Notes: generated by a model not told the origin, from the letters alone. DNA of 64,000 bases from Nitrososphaerota archaeon (GCA_041641295.1 JBEPYO010000001.1:1312001-1376000), one strand, 5' to 3'; shown: positions 1 to 10,711, numbered from the stretch's first letter. Numbers and translations: made by a program.

Positions 1-9
1 ATTAAGAGC

Positions 10-1095
10 ATGGGTGTCCTCTACGGCCCAACACCCCCCACGATTCTGGTAGGCGAGTGGGGGTATCCCAGAGTCTACGCAGGCACAGGTATGATGCTAA
101 CAGCCGACATAGATCCGCGGGTCCTAGAATCGCCGAGGTCCTGGCTCCACATTCCCCTAGACGAGCTCCTAAACATGAGGCTCAGCATCTTGATGGGCAG
201 AACAAGGGTCAGTGTAGACATTGCTAGAAGCCCTGCGAGGATAATCGACGCAGTGCAGGAATCATCCGCATCCCAACGCCCAGTTGACATTGAGTTGAAG
301 ATGTCGTCTGGAGAGTTAAGATTTGTCCCGGGCCTAGGTGTAAGACACGCGCCACACGGCCCAGCCGGAAGGGTCGAGTACATCAAGCTCGTCGACAACC
401 CCTCAATACCCAAGCCGGTTGACCGCGTAATCAATGACCCATACATCCCAGCCCTCGAGGCGGTCCAGAAACTCTCAAACCAGGGAATCGATGAATACTA
501 CCTCACAAGACTCCTCTCCTCAGGTCTACTGGGGAGGAGGATAGATAGGACGCTGGTCCCGACCGAGTGGAGCATTACCGCTGTTGACGACATGCTGAGC
601 AAGATAGCTTTGAGGCGTGCCAAGCGCAACAAGATTATTGAAGATTTCCGAGTCTATAGTTTTAGCGCCCACTTCAACACCGCCTATGTTGTCTTGATGC
701 CGACTCCCTGGATGTATGAGCTGCTTGAGGGCTGGGTGAAGAGTGGCGAGGTCTACGCGGACTATGAGTTCACGTGGGGGCGCACAAGCTACGCCGACAA
801 CACGGGAGGAGCGTACTATGCCTGCAGACTACCGATCCTCGAGCATCTGAACCGTCTTGGAGTTCAGGCAGGAGTGATCGTATTCTTTGAGGTTGACAGG
901 GGCTGGATACCGCTCGGAGTCTGGAGGTTTAGGGAGATTGTGCGCGCAGCCCTCGAGAGGCGCCCAGATAGGTGTGGAAGCCTCACAGAGGCTTTAGGCC
1001 TCTTAGAAGGAAAGCTAAAACTCGGTCTCAAAGCATATGTGAGAAGAAGCAAACTAGTATCCTTCGCCCTCAAGCAGGCAAGACTCGGCCAGTGA
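10..1095 (+). CDS. nreA: Nre family DNA repair protein (probably 5'-truncated by window edge)
   Basis: GPTPPTILVGEWGYPRV, LVPTEWSITAVD, GGAYYACRL and PLGVWRFRE motifs; frame is open to position 1; ends in a degenerate PIP-like KQARL. Confidence 0.88.
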   Translation: MGVLYGPTPPTILVGEWGYPRVYAGTGMMLTADIDPRVLESPRSWLHIPLDELLNMRLSILMGRTRVSVDIARSPARIIDAVQESSASQRPVDIELKMSSGELRFVPGLGVRHAPHGPAGRVEYIKLVDNPSIPKPVDRVINDPYIPALEAVQKLSNQGIDEYYLTRLLSSGLLGRRIDRTLVPTEWSITAVDDMLSKIALRRAKRNKIIEDFRVYSFSAHFNTAYVVLMPTPWMYELLEGWVKSGEVYADYEFTWGRTSYADNTGGAYYACRLPILEHLNRLGVQAGVIVFFEVDRGWIPLGVWRFREIVRAALERRPDRCGSLTEALGLLEGKLKLGLKAYVRRSKLVSFALKQARLGQ

Positions 1096-1162
1096 CAAAC
1101 AAAATCGCTGTATTCGTTGTCTGGTATATTTAATAAGACCTAGGGCATTCATAGCATGTAGC

Positions 1163-1867
1163 ATGGAGCCCGACGGAAACTATGCCATAGTTCTTGAAGA
1201 TGTTTGGAAGATCTACAAGACAGGGAAGACAGAATACCCGGCCCTACGGGGGGTGACGCTTAGGGTGAAGAGTGGTGAGATGATCTCTGTTATGGGTCCG
1301 AGTGGAAGTGGGAAATCCACACTACTTCACGTTACAGGGACGCTTGACAGGCCCACGCGGGGGCGCGTCGTTTTATATGGCATAGACACTTCAGGACTTG
1401 ATGACTCTAAACTGAGCGAGATCAGGAACAAACTAATCGGATTCGTCTTCCAGTCCTACAACCTGATTGGTAGGCTCTCCTCCCTTGAGAACGTGTCTCT
1501 TCCACTCGCAGTAAGAGGTGTACCGCTTCAAGCCAGACAGGCGGCTGCATTAGAAGCCCTTAGGATGGTGGGCTTGGAGCACGTGGCACATAAGAAGCCG
1601 AACGAGCTAAGCGGTGGTGAGCAGCAGCGCGTCGCAATCGCGCGGGGGCTTGTCGGCAGGCCGAAGATATTGCTGGCAGACGAGCCCACGGGAAACCTAG
1701 ACACCAAGAATACCGAAGTAATAATGGATATTCTTAGAAACATCAACAAGACGCTCGGTACAACGCTTGTCATAGTCACGCACAACCCTGAAGTTGCGGA
1801 GAAGTGTGACAGGATAGTTAGGTTGAGGGATGGTCGGGTCGAGTCGGAGGTGATTCTCCGTGCTTAG
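1163..1867 (+). CDS. ABC transporter ATP-binding protein, LolD/MacB type
   Basis: Walker A GPSGSGKS, GFVFQSYNL, LSGGEQQR, ADEPTGNLD. Confidence 0.93.
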   Translation: MEPDGNYAIVLEDVWKIYKTGKTEYPALRGVTLRVKSGEMISVMGPSGSGKSTLLHVTGTLDRPTRGRVVLYGIDTSGLDDSKLSEIRNKLIGFVFQSYNLIGRLSSLENVSLPLAVRGVPLQARQAAALEALRMVGLEHVAHKKPNELSGGEQQRVAIARGLVGRPKILLADEPTGNLDTKNTEVIMDILRNINKTLGTTLVIVTHNPEVAEKCDRIVRLRDGRVESEVILRA

Positions 1868-3776
1868 ACCCCTCATACTGGTTTCACTTCTCTTAGTAGC
1901 GCTCTTAGCCCCCATAAACATGGCTCAGGCAAGCCCGGATGACGTCCGTTACCTCGGATCATACTGGGGGCAGAATAATGTTCGGGAGGAGGTGGCGCCC
2001 GGCGATAGTGGTGTACGCCTGACAATAGCTCTTGGAAGTGACTTCGATGAGGACCGCATAACGGGGGTAGTTGGGAGGCTGAGGCTCCCAAGCGTGCTGA
2101 GGTCTCAGAGCGTCTCCAATCCAAGCGAGGTTGAGGCCCATTTCCCAGGAATCATCCCGCCCGGCGGCGTGTTCGAGCTCACGTTCATAGTGAATATAGA
2201 CAGCTCAGCAGAGGTTGGTGTGGACTACGAAGGGATTCTCTCTCTTACCTATAGGGTGTTGGGAGACACGACGAGGACGCAGACAATCCCTGTTAAGATA
2301 AACATTCCGGGAAGGCCTGTGCTCAGATTCAGCCTTAACACTACTGAGGTTGAGCCGGGGAGGGTAAGCCCGGTGGAGCTCGTGGTAACTAATGTGGGGT
2401 CGGTGAAGGCTGCCGATATTCAGGTCTTCGTCCAGCCACCGCCTCAGCCAGCCTATGGCCTGCTCATAGACAAGCAGCCCTGGGTGATTGAAAGCCTCCT
2501 CCCAGGAGGTTCTGAAAAATGGGTCCTAGGCGTCTACGCGTCTCAGACATCAGGGGACTCGGTCATGCCTGTGACACTGAGGGCGAGGTATAGAAACGCC
2601 GTCGGACTCTACAGTGAGCTCACATCGACTCTGAGCATCTACGTAAGGAAGCCGGCGGTCAGCGAGGCGAATGTCAGGATTTATGCTGAGCCAGTCAGGA
2701 TGGAGCCTGGGGCAAGCCACAGCGTATCCATCATCCTAGAGAACATCGGCTCGGTCGCGGTTAGCGATATCAGAGTATCAGCAGAATATTCGGGTCTCCC
2801 TGTCTCACTAGTTGGCCCCTCCTACTGGAGTCTAGACCGTCTCGATCCAGGCCAGAGGAGTGTTATCGAGGCGATTGTCTACTCGGCTCAGATGGCTGCC
2901 AATGGAGTCTACCAGATACCGCTCCAGATATCATTCAAGGACTCTGCTGGAAACAGGGTGTCTAGGATGGCGTCAATAGCAGTTTCCGTGGGCGACATCC
3001 CACCAAAGGCACCTAACCTCCTCATCGGGGCTGAGCCGGAACTTGTCGCAGGAAGAACTCAAACCGTCAAGCTAACAGTCAAGAATATACACCAAAGCGA
3101 ACTTAGACGTATATCCATTACCGCTCAATCACTAAACCCGCGGCTCACGATCATAGGCTCCAATAACTGGCTAATAGACTCTCTACGCTCAGGGCAGTCT
3201 GAGACAATCCAGTTAGCGCTTTACGCGGAGCCCGAACTCTCGGGCACCTCCACATCCATACAGGTATCCGCCACATATGTCATAAGCGAGACGGGTGAGC
3301 AGGCCTCAGAGCAAAGGGCCGTCGGCTTCGTTGTCCAAGGATACATCACCCTACGCATCTACGACACCAAGGTAATCTTCATAGGAGGTGAACCCTACAT
3401 CTCTGGAAACATCATAAACGAGGGTATATCTGACGCCCTCTTCTCCACTATACACCTAAACAGCAACTCAGGGACAAGGTCAAGCGTCTTCGTAGGCGAG
3501 ATAAAGCCAAACGCTCCTCTCCCATTCAACCTCAAACTAAACTCGGCGGACCAGAGATTCAAGGGGGAGATTATAGTAGAGTACAAGGACGTATTCCGCA
3601 GAAACTATACAACCACGTTTCAGATCGATGTTGAGATTCCGAGGCCAGTGAGTGAGACGAGGCAGGAGAGCTGGCCGGGATGGGTCATGCCAGCGCTCGT
3701 GGCAATCGGAGTCATAGCCGCGTTGACCTCTGGATATCTCTATGTGCGGGGGCGTAAGCGGAGTGAGGCCGGTTGA
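1860..3776 (+). CDS. COG1361 S-layer-domain / Ig-like repeat surface protein
   Basis: Signal peptide, repeated beta-rich modules (VTNVG, LENIG, L.PG), C-terminal TM helix with basic tail; lies between MacB-type ATPase and permease. Confidence 0.8.
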   Translation: MLRPLILVSLLLVALLAPINMAQASPDDVRYLGSYWGQNNVREEVAPGDSGVRLTIALGSDFDEDRITGVVGRLRLPSVLRSQSVSNPSEVEAHFPGIIPPGGVFELTFIVNIDSSAEVGVDYEGILSLTYRVLGDTTRTQTIPVKINIPGRPVLRFSLNTTEVEPGRVSPVELVVTNVGSVKAADIQVFVQPPPQPAYGLLIDKQPWVIESLLPGGSEKWVLGVYASQTSGDSVMPVTLRARYRNAVGLYSELTSTLSIYVRKPAVSEANVRIYAEPVRMEPGASHSVSIILENIGSVAVSDIRVSAEYSGLPVSLVGPSYWSLDRLDPGQRSVIEAIVYSAQMAANGVYQIPLQISFKDSAGNRVSRMASIAVSVGDIPPKAPNLLIGAEPELVAGRTQTVKLTVKNIHQSELRRISITAQSLNPRLTIIGSNNWLIDSLRSGQSETIQLALYAEPELSGTSTSIQVSATYVISETGEQASEQRAVGFVVQGYITLRIYDTKVIFIGGEPYISGNIINEGISDALFSTIHLNSNSGTRSSVFVGEIKPNAPLPFNLKLNSADQRFKGEIIVEYKDVFRRNYTTTFQIDVEIPRPVSETRQESWPGWVMPALVAIGVIAALTSGYLYVRGRKRSEAG

Positions 3777-4977
3777 CGCGGTCAGGTATGCGCTCAGCGC
3801 GCTGAGGGAGAGGCGGGGCAGGAGCATTCTAACAATTCTGGGAATCGCGGTGGGTGCCGGCCTCATAATTGCTCTCCTATCCCTTGGCGATGGCATAAAC
3901 CTAGTCGTTACAGACCAACTATTGACGCTCGGCGCAAACAACATAATAATATTCCCAGCCCAGGGCTCTAACATCCAGTTCACAGATGCCGACATCCAAA
4001 AGATAATGAGGATACCGGGCGTATCCGTAGTCACGCCCTTCATCTCAATGGCTGCCGAGTTTCAAGTTGGCGGCACAACCGTGAACGGCAGGATAATCGG
4101 CATAGACCCGATACACCTCCAAATAATCTTCCCTGGTATCAAGATTCTCGAGGGAGAGACACCCCTCTCCACCAGCGCCACACAAGTGGGCGTGGGCTAC
4201 AAGATAGCATTCCCACCCGCTGCAGCGACCTACTCCCGCCTCTACATAGGACAACCACTAACCATCGTGGTCCCGACACAGGGAGGTGTTAAGACAACAA
4301 GTTACACGGTCTCAGCGATATACGATAAGTTCGGGGCCTCCATCTTCTTCGACGCGGACACAGCGGTCGTCATGCCCCTTCCCGCAGCCAGAAAGCTTCT
4401 AGGGGTGACAACATATCAGGCAATACTTGTGAACACGGAGAAGGTAGAGCTGGTCGAGTACATAATCTCCGAGCTCGAAGCGATGTATGGTAGGAATGTC
4501 AACATCATAAGCCCCAGCTCAATATTATCGACTGTTCGAGGCATAATAGCATCCTTTACAATATTCCTCGGCGCAATAGCCTCAGTCAGCCTACTAGTGG
4601 CTGGCCTCGGGATAATGAACACGATGATCATGGCGGTTATGGAGAGGACTAGGGAGATAGGTGTTTTAAGATCTATCGGGATGACGAGGCGCGACGTCTT
4701 GTTGACTTTCCTCTTCGAGGCCATGCTTACGGGTCTGATAGGCGGCATCATCGGCATAGGCATAGGTGTGGTTTTGTCAATAGGGTTTGCAGGATTTTCG
4801 GGACGCTTCTTAAGATTTGGCCCCCAGTTTCAACCTCTCCCCATAAACCCAGTCATAACGCCACAGCTCCTAATCGAGGCGCTGCTGTTCGCCGTGTTCG
4901 TGGGCTCCCTCTCGGGACTATACCCGGCTAGAAGGGCAGCCCAAATAGACCCAGTAAAAGCCCTCAGGACAGAGTGA
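3763..4977 (+). CDS. ABC transporter permease, MacB/FtsX family
   Basis: RSILTILGIAVG, NTMIMAVMERTREIGVLRSIG, YPARRAAQIDPVKALR; likely GTG start at 3763. Confidence 0.92.
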   Translation: MRPVDAVRYALSALRERRGRSILTILGIAVGAGLIIALLSLGDGINLVVTDQLLTLGANNIIIFPAQGSNIQFTDADIQKIMRIPGVSVVTPFISMAAEFQVGGTTVNGRIIGIDPIHLQIIFPGIKILEGETPLSTSATQVGVGYKIAFPPAAATYSRLYIGQPLTIVVPTQGGVKTTSYTVSAIYDKFGASIFFDADTAVVMPLPAARKLLGVTTYQAILVNTEKVELVEYIISELEAMYGRNVNIISPSSILSTVRGIIASFTIFLGAIASVSLLVAGLGIMNTMIMAVMERTREIGVLRSIGMTRRDVLLTFLFEAMLTGLIGGIIGIGIGVVLSIGFAGFSGRFLRFGPQFQPLPINPVITPQLLIEALLFAVFVGSLSGLYPARRAAQIDPVKALRTE

Positions 4978-5878
4978 GTACCCTCTCATAAAGGTCGATA
5001 TACTGTTTTGTGACAACCCTGTAGTCAAATCTCTTCACAAGCTCCAGCCCTCGCGCCGTAACTGAGTCTCGAAGAGTCTCAAGCTGCTGATAGGCTCTAA
5101 TGTACGAATCTGGGTCGTGGTCTGCCAGGATCAGTGCTTCTTTGAAGGGCGTGAATGCCGGTATCTTTGGCGCTATCACGGGGCAGCCTGAAGCCCAGGC
5201 CTCAAGTAGGACGGAAGGCATTCCTTCCCATATCGAGGTTATCATCAAAGCCTCGGCAGACTTCATATAGGAGATCACCCTCTCCCAGCTGACCACTTCC
5301 TCGATGCCGAATGCCCTATACCTCCTCCCCAGCCTCTTCACCACCCTTCTGAAGAGGGGGTAATTCTTGACAGGGTCATTCCTTCCCACAAAAAGTATCG
5401 CAGCCTCGCCTGCAGGCTCTATCTCTCTTATCGCATCTAGGTCGGTCATGTTTGGAATCCAGACCCAGCCGTTCCTCTCAGCCTCAGACTTCATGACAGA
5501 TGTTACCGCACCGGCGAACCGCATAAGCGTAAGCATCGCCTTAGCTGAAGCCCTTCCAAGAGCCCCATACTTGAGGCTAAACTCGATCATCCCTCCGTGA
5601 ACAGTGACGATACATCTCGAGGGTTTAGTCAACGTGATGCCGGCAAGCTTTGGGTTATGGAGATGGATAATATCGGCGCCGGAGGTCCTAGCTAGACTGC
5701 CGAGAGTGAAGCTGGGCGCCCTAAGCATGGGAAAGTTTAGATGCCAAGTATTCTTGGAGTCAACAATATTGACCGCAACCCCACTCTCAACCAGCCCCTT
5801 CCTGAGCAGGGCAACGTGTCTGCCGCTACCGCTGACCCCGCCCGAAGTGAAGTTTACCAGAGCAACCTTCAAAGCCAT
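4964..5878 (-). CDS. Glycosyltransferase family 4 (GT-B)
   Basis: FVGRNDPVKN and EGMPSVLLEAWASGCPVI motifs; likely start MALKVALV at 5878. Confidence 0.88.
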   Translation of the reverse strand: MALKVALVNFTSGGVSGSGRHVALLRKGLVESGVAVNIVDSKNTWHLNFPMLRAPSFTLGSLARTSGADIIHLHNPKLAGITLTKPSRCIVTVHGGMIEFSLKYGALGRASAKAMLTLMRFAGAVTSVMKSEAERNGWVWIPNMTDLDAIREIEPAGEAAILFVGRNDPVKNYPLFRRVVKRLGRRYRAFGIEEVVSWERVISYMKSAEALMITSIWEGMPSVLLEAWASGCPVIAPKIPAFTPFKEALILADHDPDSYIRAYQQLETLRDSVTARGLELVKRFDYRVVTKQYIDLYERVLTLS

Positions 5879-5956
5879 CCTACCCCACAAATCCGGCTCA
5901 AAACTCAATAAAATCCTCGCCCAAGTAAGAGATAAAACCTCCACCCAGAGAGATAA

Positions 5957-6022
5957 GGGGTGGGGATGAGGCCCCGCCGCTCCAGACTGAATCGTGATGC
6001 AGGAAGAGCCGAGCCGACCCCC
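5957..6022 (+). ncRNA. Box C/D methylation-guide sRNA (dual guide)
   Basis: C-like GGGAUGA 5963-5969, D' CUGA 5987-5990, C' GUGAUGC 5994-6000, D-like CCGA 6014-6017, G-run/C-run terminal stem; both guides complementary to conserved 23S rRNA segments recalled from memory. Confidence 0.75.
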
Positions 6023-6120
6023 TGGCCAAAGTGTTAATCAGTGTCCGACTGAGAAATGAGTAGTCCATTTGAAAACGCATAATCAAAGTATATATGCCTG
6101 TACAATTCAAAAGATACTGC

Positions 6121-7791
6121 ATGTCTAGGGATGGGAAAATTTCAAGACGTGCTGCGCTAAGCACAGGAGCTAAGGTCGCTACAGCGGCGGTCGTAACCGG
6201 TGTTGTGGGCGGAATAGCGGGCTACCTCGCAGGGACCTCCGCCCAGCCGGCCAGAGAGGTCACGAGGACTCTGACACAGACCGTGACGCAGCCCGGAGCC
6301 GGAGCCCAAACAGTAACACAGACCGTGACTAGAACACAGACAGCAACTGTAACAGCCACCGCACCAGTAGGCGAGATAAAGCCGGAGCTGTCCATCACTT
6401 TCGCCTCACCGGAGTGGCTGCCAGGAAGGCTCACAGGCCTCATAGCTAAAGACTTCCCCGCTTGGTCTAAGGCCACAATCGGGAAGGCGGTAGAGGTAAA
6501 GATGGACCTGATTCCCTGGGACGCTATTTTCGACAGACTTTCAACAGTACTGGCTGCCAAGTCCAAGGAGCCAACACTTTTGATATCTGACAGCCAGTGG
6601 CTCGGCCAGTTCTATGTTGGTGGACATATACGAAGGCTAAACGATATTATCGCGAGGGACCCCGAACTCCAGCAGCTACTCAACAGGTTCGACCCCTCTC
6701 TAGTCTACTTCTACATGACGTACCCCCAGGGGAACACCAATAACATAGTCGGCTTCGCGCATGAGGGTGATGTACTGCTATTCGTCTACAGGTATGACTT
6801 ATTCTCTCACCCGACAGAGAGGGAGAACTTCAAGGCACAGTACGGATATGACCTTCCGCTAAACTATGAAGACTGGTACCCAGCACAGCTCGACTGGTAC
6901 CAGATACGCGACATAGCCAAGTATTTCACTAGGAAGGCTGGTGATGAACTGGCCGGGAAGCGTTTAGAGGAGGACTTCTATGGAATAGCTCTACACATGT
7001 CAAGAGCCTACGACGCCATCGCCTGCCCGTTCGGCTCAATACTGTACAGTCACGGAGAGTATTGGTGGGACCCCGAGACGGGAGAAGTTGAGGGATGGAT
7101 TAATAGTCCGAGGGCGAGGCAGGCTCTCGAGTTCTACGTCTCGCTGGTTCCCTACTCACCACCGAACGCCCTCGAGATATGGTTCGACGAGGCCAATGCC
7201 GTGATGCAGGCTGGCAGAGTGGCCATGATCTATAACTGGGCTGGATTCCTGCCAAGCCTCTTCGACCCCGCGGCATCTAAAGTATACAACGTGATTAGAG
7301 TAGTGCCGCCACCTGGTCACAAAGGAGAGGATGGAATCTTCAGAAGGTATAGTGGAATTGGAGGACAGCCAATGTGTATAAACGCCTATAGCGACTATGC
7401 CGAGGAGGCTCTTGCCTTCATAAAATTCTGGTTCCAGCCTCAGAATCAGCGGAAATGGGCTGAGGGTGGTGGCGGTGTCTGCATCAGGGACATCATCCAG
7501 ACCGAGTGGTTCAGAAACCTCACACCATACAACCGGGCCTATGCCGACTCCATAGCATTCCAGGTCGACTTCTGGAACGTTCCGTTCTTCTTCGAGATGC
7601 TGACGGTCGTACAAGAAGAGATACATGCAGCACTAGCGGGCAGTATTAGTCCACAGACAGCACTAGACAACATGGCACGTCGGCACAAGGAGATAATTGA
7701 GAGGGAGAACTACCCCGCAGCGTTTGAGAAATATGGGAAGCCTGCGAAGAACGTGGCGCAGCTTATAAGACAAGGACTACCCATCGGCTAA
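6121..7791 (+). CDS. Carbohydrate (CUT1) ABC transporter substrate-binding protein with Tat-like signal
   Basis: SRRAALS twin-arginine leader, Thr-rich linker, SBP_bac_1-like body; first gene of ABC operon. Confidence 0.85.
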   Translation: MSRDGKISRRAALSTGAKVATAAVVTGVVGGIAGYLAGTSAQPAREVTRTLTQTVTQPGAGAQTVTQTVTRTQTATVTATAPVGEIKPELSITFASPEWLPGRLTGLIAKDFPAWSKATIGKAVEVKMDLIPWDAIFDRLSTVLAAKSKEPTLLISDSQWLGQFYVGGHIRRLNDIIARDPELQQLLNRFDPSLVYFYMTYPQGNTNNIVGFAHEGDVLLFVYRYDLFSHPTERENFKAQYGYDLPLNYEDWYPAQLDWYQIRDIAKYFTRKAGDELAGKRLEEDFYGIALHMSRAYDAIACPFGSILYSHGEYWWDPETGEVEGWINSPRARQALEFYVSLVPYSPPNALEIWFDEANAVMQAGRVAMIYNWAGFLPSLFDPAASKVYNVIRVVPPPGHKGEDGIFRRYSGIGGQPMCINAYSDYAEEALAFIKFWFQPQNQRKWAEGGGGVCIRDIIQTEWFRNLTPYNRAYADSIAFQVDFWNVPFFFEMLTVVQEEIHAALAGSISPQTALDNMARRHKEIIERENYPAAFEKYGKPAKNVAQLIRQGLPIG

Positions 7792-7835
7792 ACCCAAAAT
7801 AAACTCAAATACACCATTAATTACGTGATTTTTGT

Positions 7836-8714
7836 ATGACTTTACAAACCGCTACTGGTAGTCGGCTAGTGAAGATTTTCCCCATACTACTCATACTACC
7901 TGCAGTTGCACTTGTTACGTTCTTGGTAATCTTCCCACTAATCTGGGCTCTCGGCCTTAGCTTCTACTCATATAACGTTATTCGCGGAGAAGCACCTGTT
8001 TTCGTCGGTGTCGAGAATTATTACAGGCTCTTAAATAGTCTGGAGGTGTGGAGGAGATTCGTTTTAACCGGGCAATTCGTCTTCTACGTAGTAAGTATTG
8101 AATTCCTAATTGGATTTGGGCTTGCTCTTCTTTTCTATAACCAGTTCCGTGGTAGGCGGCTTGCAATAACACTTGTAACAACACCCCTACTAGTGGCACC
8201 TGTGGCGGTGGGAATCTTCCATCGATACCTCTTTGACGCAACATTTGGCGTCTATAGCTATTTTGCACAGCTGATAACGGGACAGTCAGTCAAGATACTC
8301 TCTCAGCACCCAATGTTCGCAATTGTATTCATGGACGTCTGGCAGTGGTCGCCATTCATGATGCTCTTCATACTTGCTGGCCTCGAAGCAATTCCGAGAC
8401 ACATGTTGGAGTCATCAGAGATTGACCGATTGTCTATATTCAATAAATTCCGATATGTCATCTGGCCCACGATTAGACCGTTGGTGGCTCTTGCCCTTCT
8501 TTTTAGGACGATGGACGCCTTCAGGACCTTCGACACAATCTTCACTCTGACCGGTGGTGGGCCTGGAACTGCTACTGAGGTGTTGTCAATACAGATTTAC
8601 CGCATAGCCTTCCAGTTTTTCAGGACAGGTGAGGCCACCGCGCTAGCATTTATATTCTTAGTAATCATAGTGCTTTTGACGAACATATATCTCAGGTTGG
8701 CGAGGAGGGAGTAG
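7836..8714 (+). CDS. Sugar ABC transporter permease (MalF-like)
   Basis: FVGVENY, DVWQWSPF, LTGGGPGTATEV. Confidence 0.92.
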   Translation: MTLQTATGSRLVKIFPILLILPAVALVTFLVIFPLIWALGLSFYSYNVIRGEAPVFVGVENYYRLLNSLEVWRRFVLTGQFVFYVVSIEFLIGFGLALLFYNQFRGRRLAITLVTTPLLVAPVAVGIFHRYLFDATFGVYSYFAQLITGQSVKILSQHPMFAIVFMDVWQWSPFMMLFILAGLEAIPRHMLESSEIDRLSIFNKFRYVIWPTIRPLVALALLFRTMDAFRTFDTIFTLTGGGPGTATEVLSIQIYRIAFQFFRTGEATALAFIFLVIIVLLTNIYLRLARRE

Positions 8715-8716
8715 AG

Positions 8717-9622
8717 ATGGCAAATCATAGAAACAACAGGCGTGGCAGGCACAAGGTCGTGAAAACTGTTCTCATCTATCTATTCACCATTATCGCTGTC
8801 ATCTTCTTCATCTTTCCCATTTACTGGCTCGTAGCCACATCGTTGAAGACAAGGGCTCAGGCCTTCAGCACACCGCCACTCTTCGTCTGGGAGCCGACAT
8901 TTAGAAACTTCATCGATATTTTCCTGAAGAGGCAGACAGAGATCGAGGCAATAACCGGGCAGGAGCTAGAGTTGGCCACTGGTGCTGAGACTTTCTTCTA
9001 CAATAGCTTCGTAGTTACTTTCTCAAGCATCATCATAGCTACAGTTATAGGGGTTTTCGCCGCATACAGCTTCTCCAGATACAAACCTGCAGGAACTAAC
9101 ACTCTAATGTTCTTCATCCTCTCCACGAGGATGCTGCCAGCCATCGTAGTTGCCATTCCCATCTACTTCTTTTACAGGAGTCTAGGCCTCTACAACACGT
9201 ATATCGGACTCATTCTGCTCTACACAATGTTCAACCTCCCATTCGCGGTCTGGATGATGAAAAGCTTCTTCGACGAGGTGCCTCGTGACATTGAGCAGGC
9301 TGCTCTAGTTGATGGCTCAAACCCGGTCAAAGTCTTCTACAAGATCGCCCTCCCACAAGTGTTGGTGGGCCTGGGGGCAACGATCGGTTTCTTGATAATC
9401 AATGTCTGGAACGAATTCCTTTTTGCCTTGCTGCTGACAGAGAGGGCGACTCGGACGGTGCCAGTCATGATAGCGGGTACCAGGGGAGAAGTTGGCATCA
9501 ACTGGGGTCTAATCGCAGCTATAGAGACGCTCTACATTCTGCCGGCTCTCGTTCTCATATTCGTTCTTCAGCGCTTCTTACTGAGGGGTATGACGTTCGG
9601 TACGGTGAGGGGTGCGAAATAG
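8717..9622 (+). CDS. Sugar ABC transporter permease (MalG-like)
   Basis: EAA-loop IEQAALVDG, WNEFLFAL. Confidence 0.92.
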   Translation: MANHRNNRRGRHKVVKTVLIYLFTIIAVIFFIFPIYWLVATSLKTRAQAFSTPPLFVWEPTFRNFIDIFLKRQTEIEAITGQELELATGAETFFYNSFVVTFSSIIIATVIGVFAAYSFSRYKPAGTNTLMFFILSTRMLPAIVVAIPIYFFYRSLGLYNTYIGLILLYTMFNLPFAVWMMKSFFDEVPRDIEQAALVDGSNPVKVFYKIALPQVLVGLGATIGFLIINVWNEFLFALLLTERATRTVPVMIAGTRGEVGINWGLIAAIETLYILPALVLIFVLQRFLLRGMTFGTVRGAK

Positions 9623-10711
9623 TTGACAAGGGTCGAGATACGTGGCTTAAAGAAGTCTTTTGGGGCTGTTGAGGCGCTTAGGGGGGTTAACTTGGAGGTT
9701 GAGTCTGGCGCTCTAGTAGCGCTATTAGGGCCGACAGGTGCTGGAAAGACGACCCTCCTTAAGTGCATCGCCGGTGTTGAAGAGCCTGATGCCGGGGATA
9801 TACTCTTCGATGGACAGAGTGTGTTGAGAACTCCAGCTTGGAGACGAGATGTGGCCATGTTCTTCCAAACTTATGCGCTCTATCCCCACATGAGTGTATA
9901 CGACAATATAGCTTACCCGTTAAGGGAGCGTAAATGGAGCCGACAAGACATTGACAGGTCGGTGAAGGCTGTGGCAGAGAAGCTGAGGATAGCCCATCTC
10001 CTGGACAGGAAAGACCCGTCTACACTTAGCGGTGGCGAGATGCAGCGTGTAGCACTTGCACGTACACTGGTCAGGAATCCGAAAGTCTTTCTCCTCGATG
10101 AGCCCATCTCGAACCTTGACGCCAAGCTTAGGGAGGAGATGAGGACAGAGTTCAAAAGGCTGCACAGGGAGTTGAAACAGACAATCATTTACGCTACCCC
10201 CGACTTCTTGGAGGCTTTTGCAGTTGCCGAGAAAGTAGCGGTGATAAAGGACGGCGTGATATTGCAGTATGATACTCCCATGAATTTGCTGAGAAGGCCG
10301 AAAAACAGGTTTGTAGCCACTTTCATTGGCAGTCCCACCATAAACATTATGCGTGGCGTCATTAGGCGGGTGGCTCATGGCTGGGAGTTCTCAACAACAG
10401 GTCTGAAAATCCAGCTGAGCAACATAGGAGCCTCTTCCAAGCTCTTGGACGGCTCCGAAGTGGAGCTTGCGGTCAGACCCCAAGATATAGTCTTGGAGGC
10501 TTCTAAGAACGGCAATGCCTTCAAGGCAAAGATTCTGGCCGCGGAGAGGCTGGGATATGAAACGATAGTTACCCTGAGTCTCGGCGAGGTCGAGTTGAAG
10601 GCAGTGACTAAGGGGATGAGGTCATATAAATATGGTGATGAAGTGACAATCAATATTCCGGGTGATAGGGTCATCCTATTTGACGTGTCAAGTGGGGAGG
10701 CGATGTATTAG
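9623..10711 (+). CDS. Sugar ABC ATPase (MalK-like) subunit 1
   Basis: GPTGAGKT, LSGGEMQR, LLDEP; H-loop reads YATPD; C-terminal TOBE region. Confidence 0.92.
   Translation: MTRVEIRGLKKSFGAVEALRGVNLEVESGALVALLGPTGAGKTTLLKCIAGVEEPDAGDILFDGQSVLRTPAWRRDVAMFFQTYALYPHMSVYDNIAYPLRERKWSRQDIDRSVKAVAEKLRIAHLLDRKDPSTLSGGEMQRVALARTLVRNPKVFLLDEPISNLDAKLREEMRTEFKRLHRELKQTIIYATPDFLEAFAVAEKVAVIKDGVILQYDTPMNLLRRPKNRFVATFIGSPTINIMRGVIRRVAHGWEFSTTGLKIQLSNIGASSKLLDGSEVELAVRPQDIVLEASKNGNAFKAKILAAERLGYETIVTLSLGEVELKAVTKGMRSYKYGDEVTINIPGDRVILFDVSSGEAMY

Noticed and set aside
6260-6360. ACACAGACCGTGAC-like short repeats
   Set aside because: They encode the Thr-rich linker of the substrate-binding protein.
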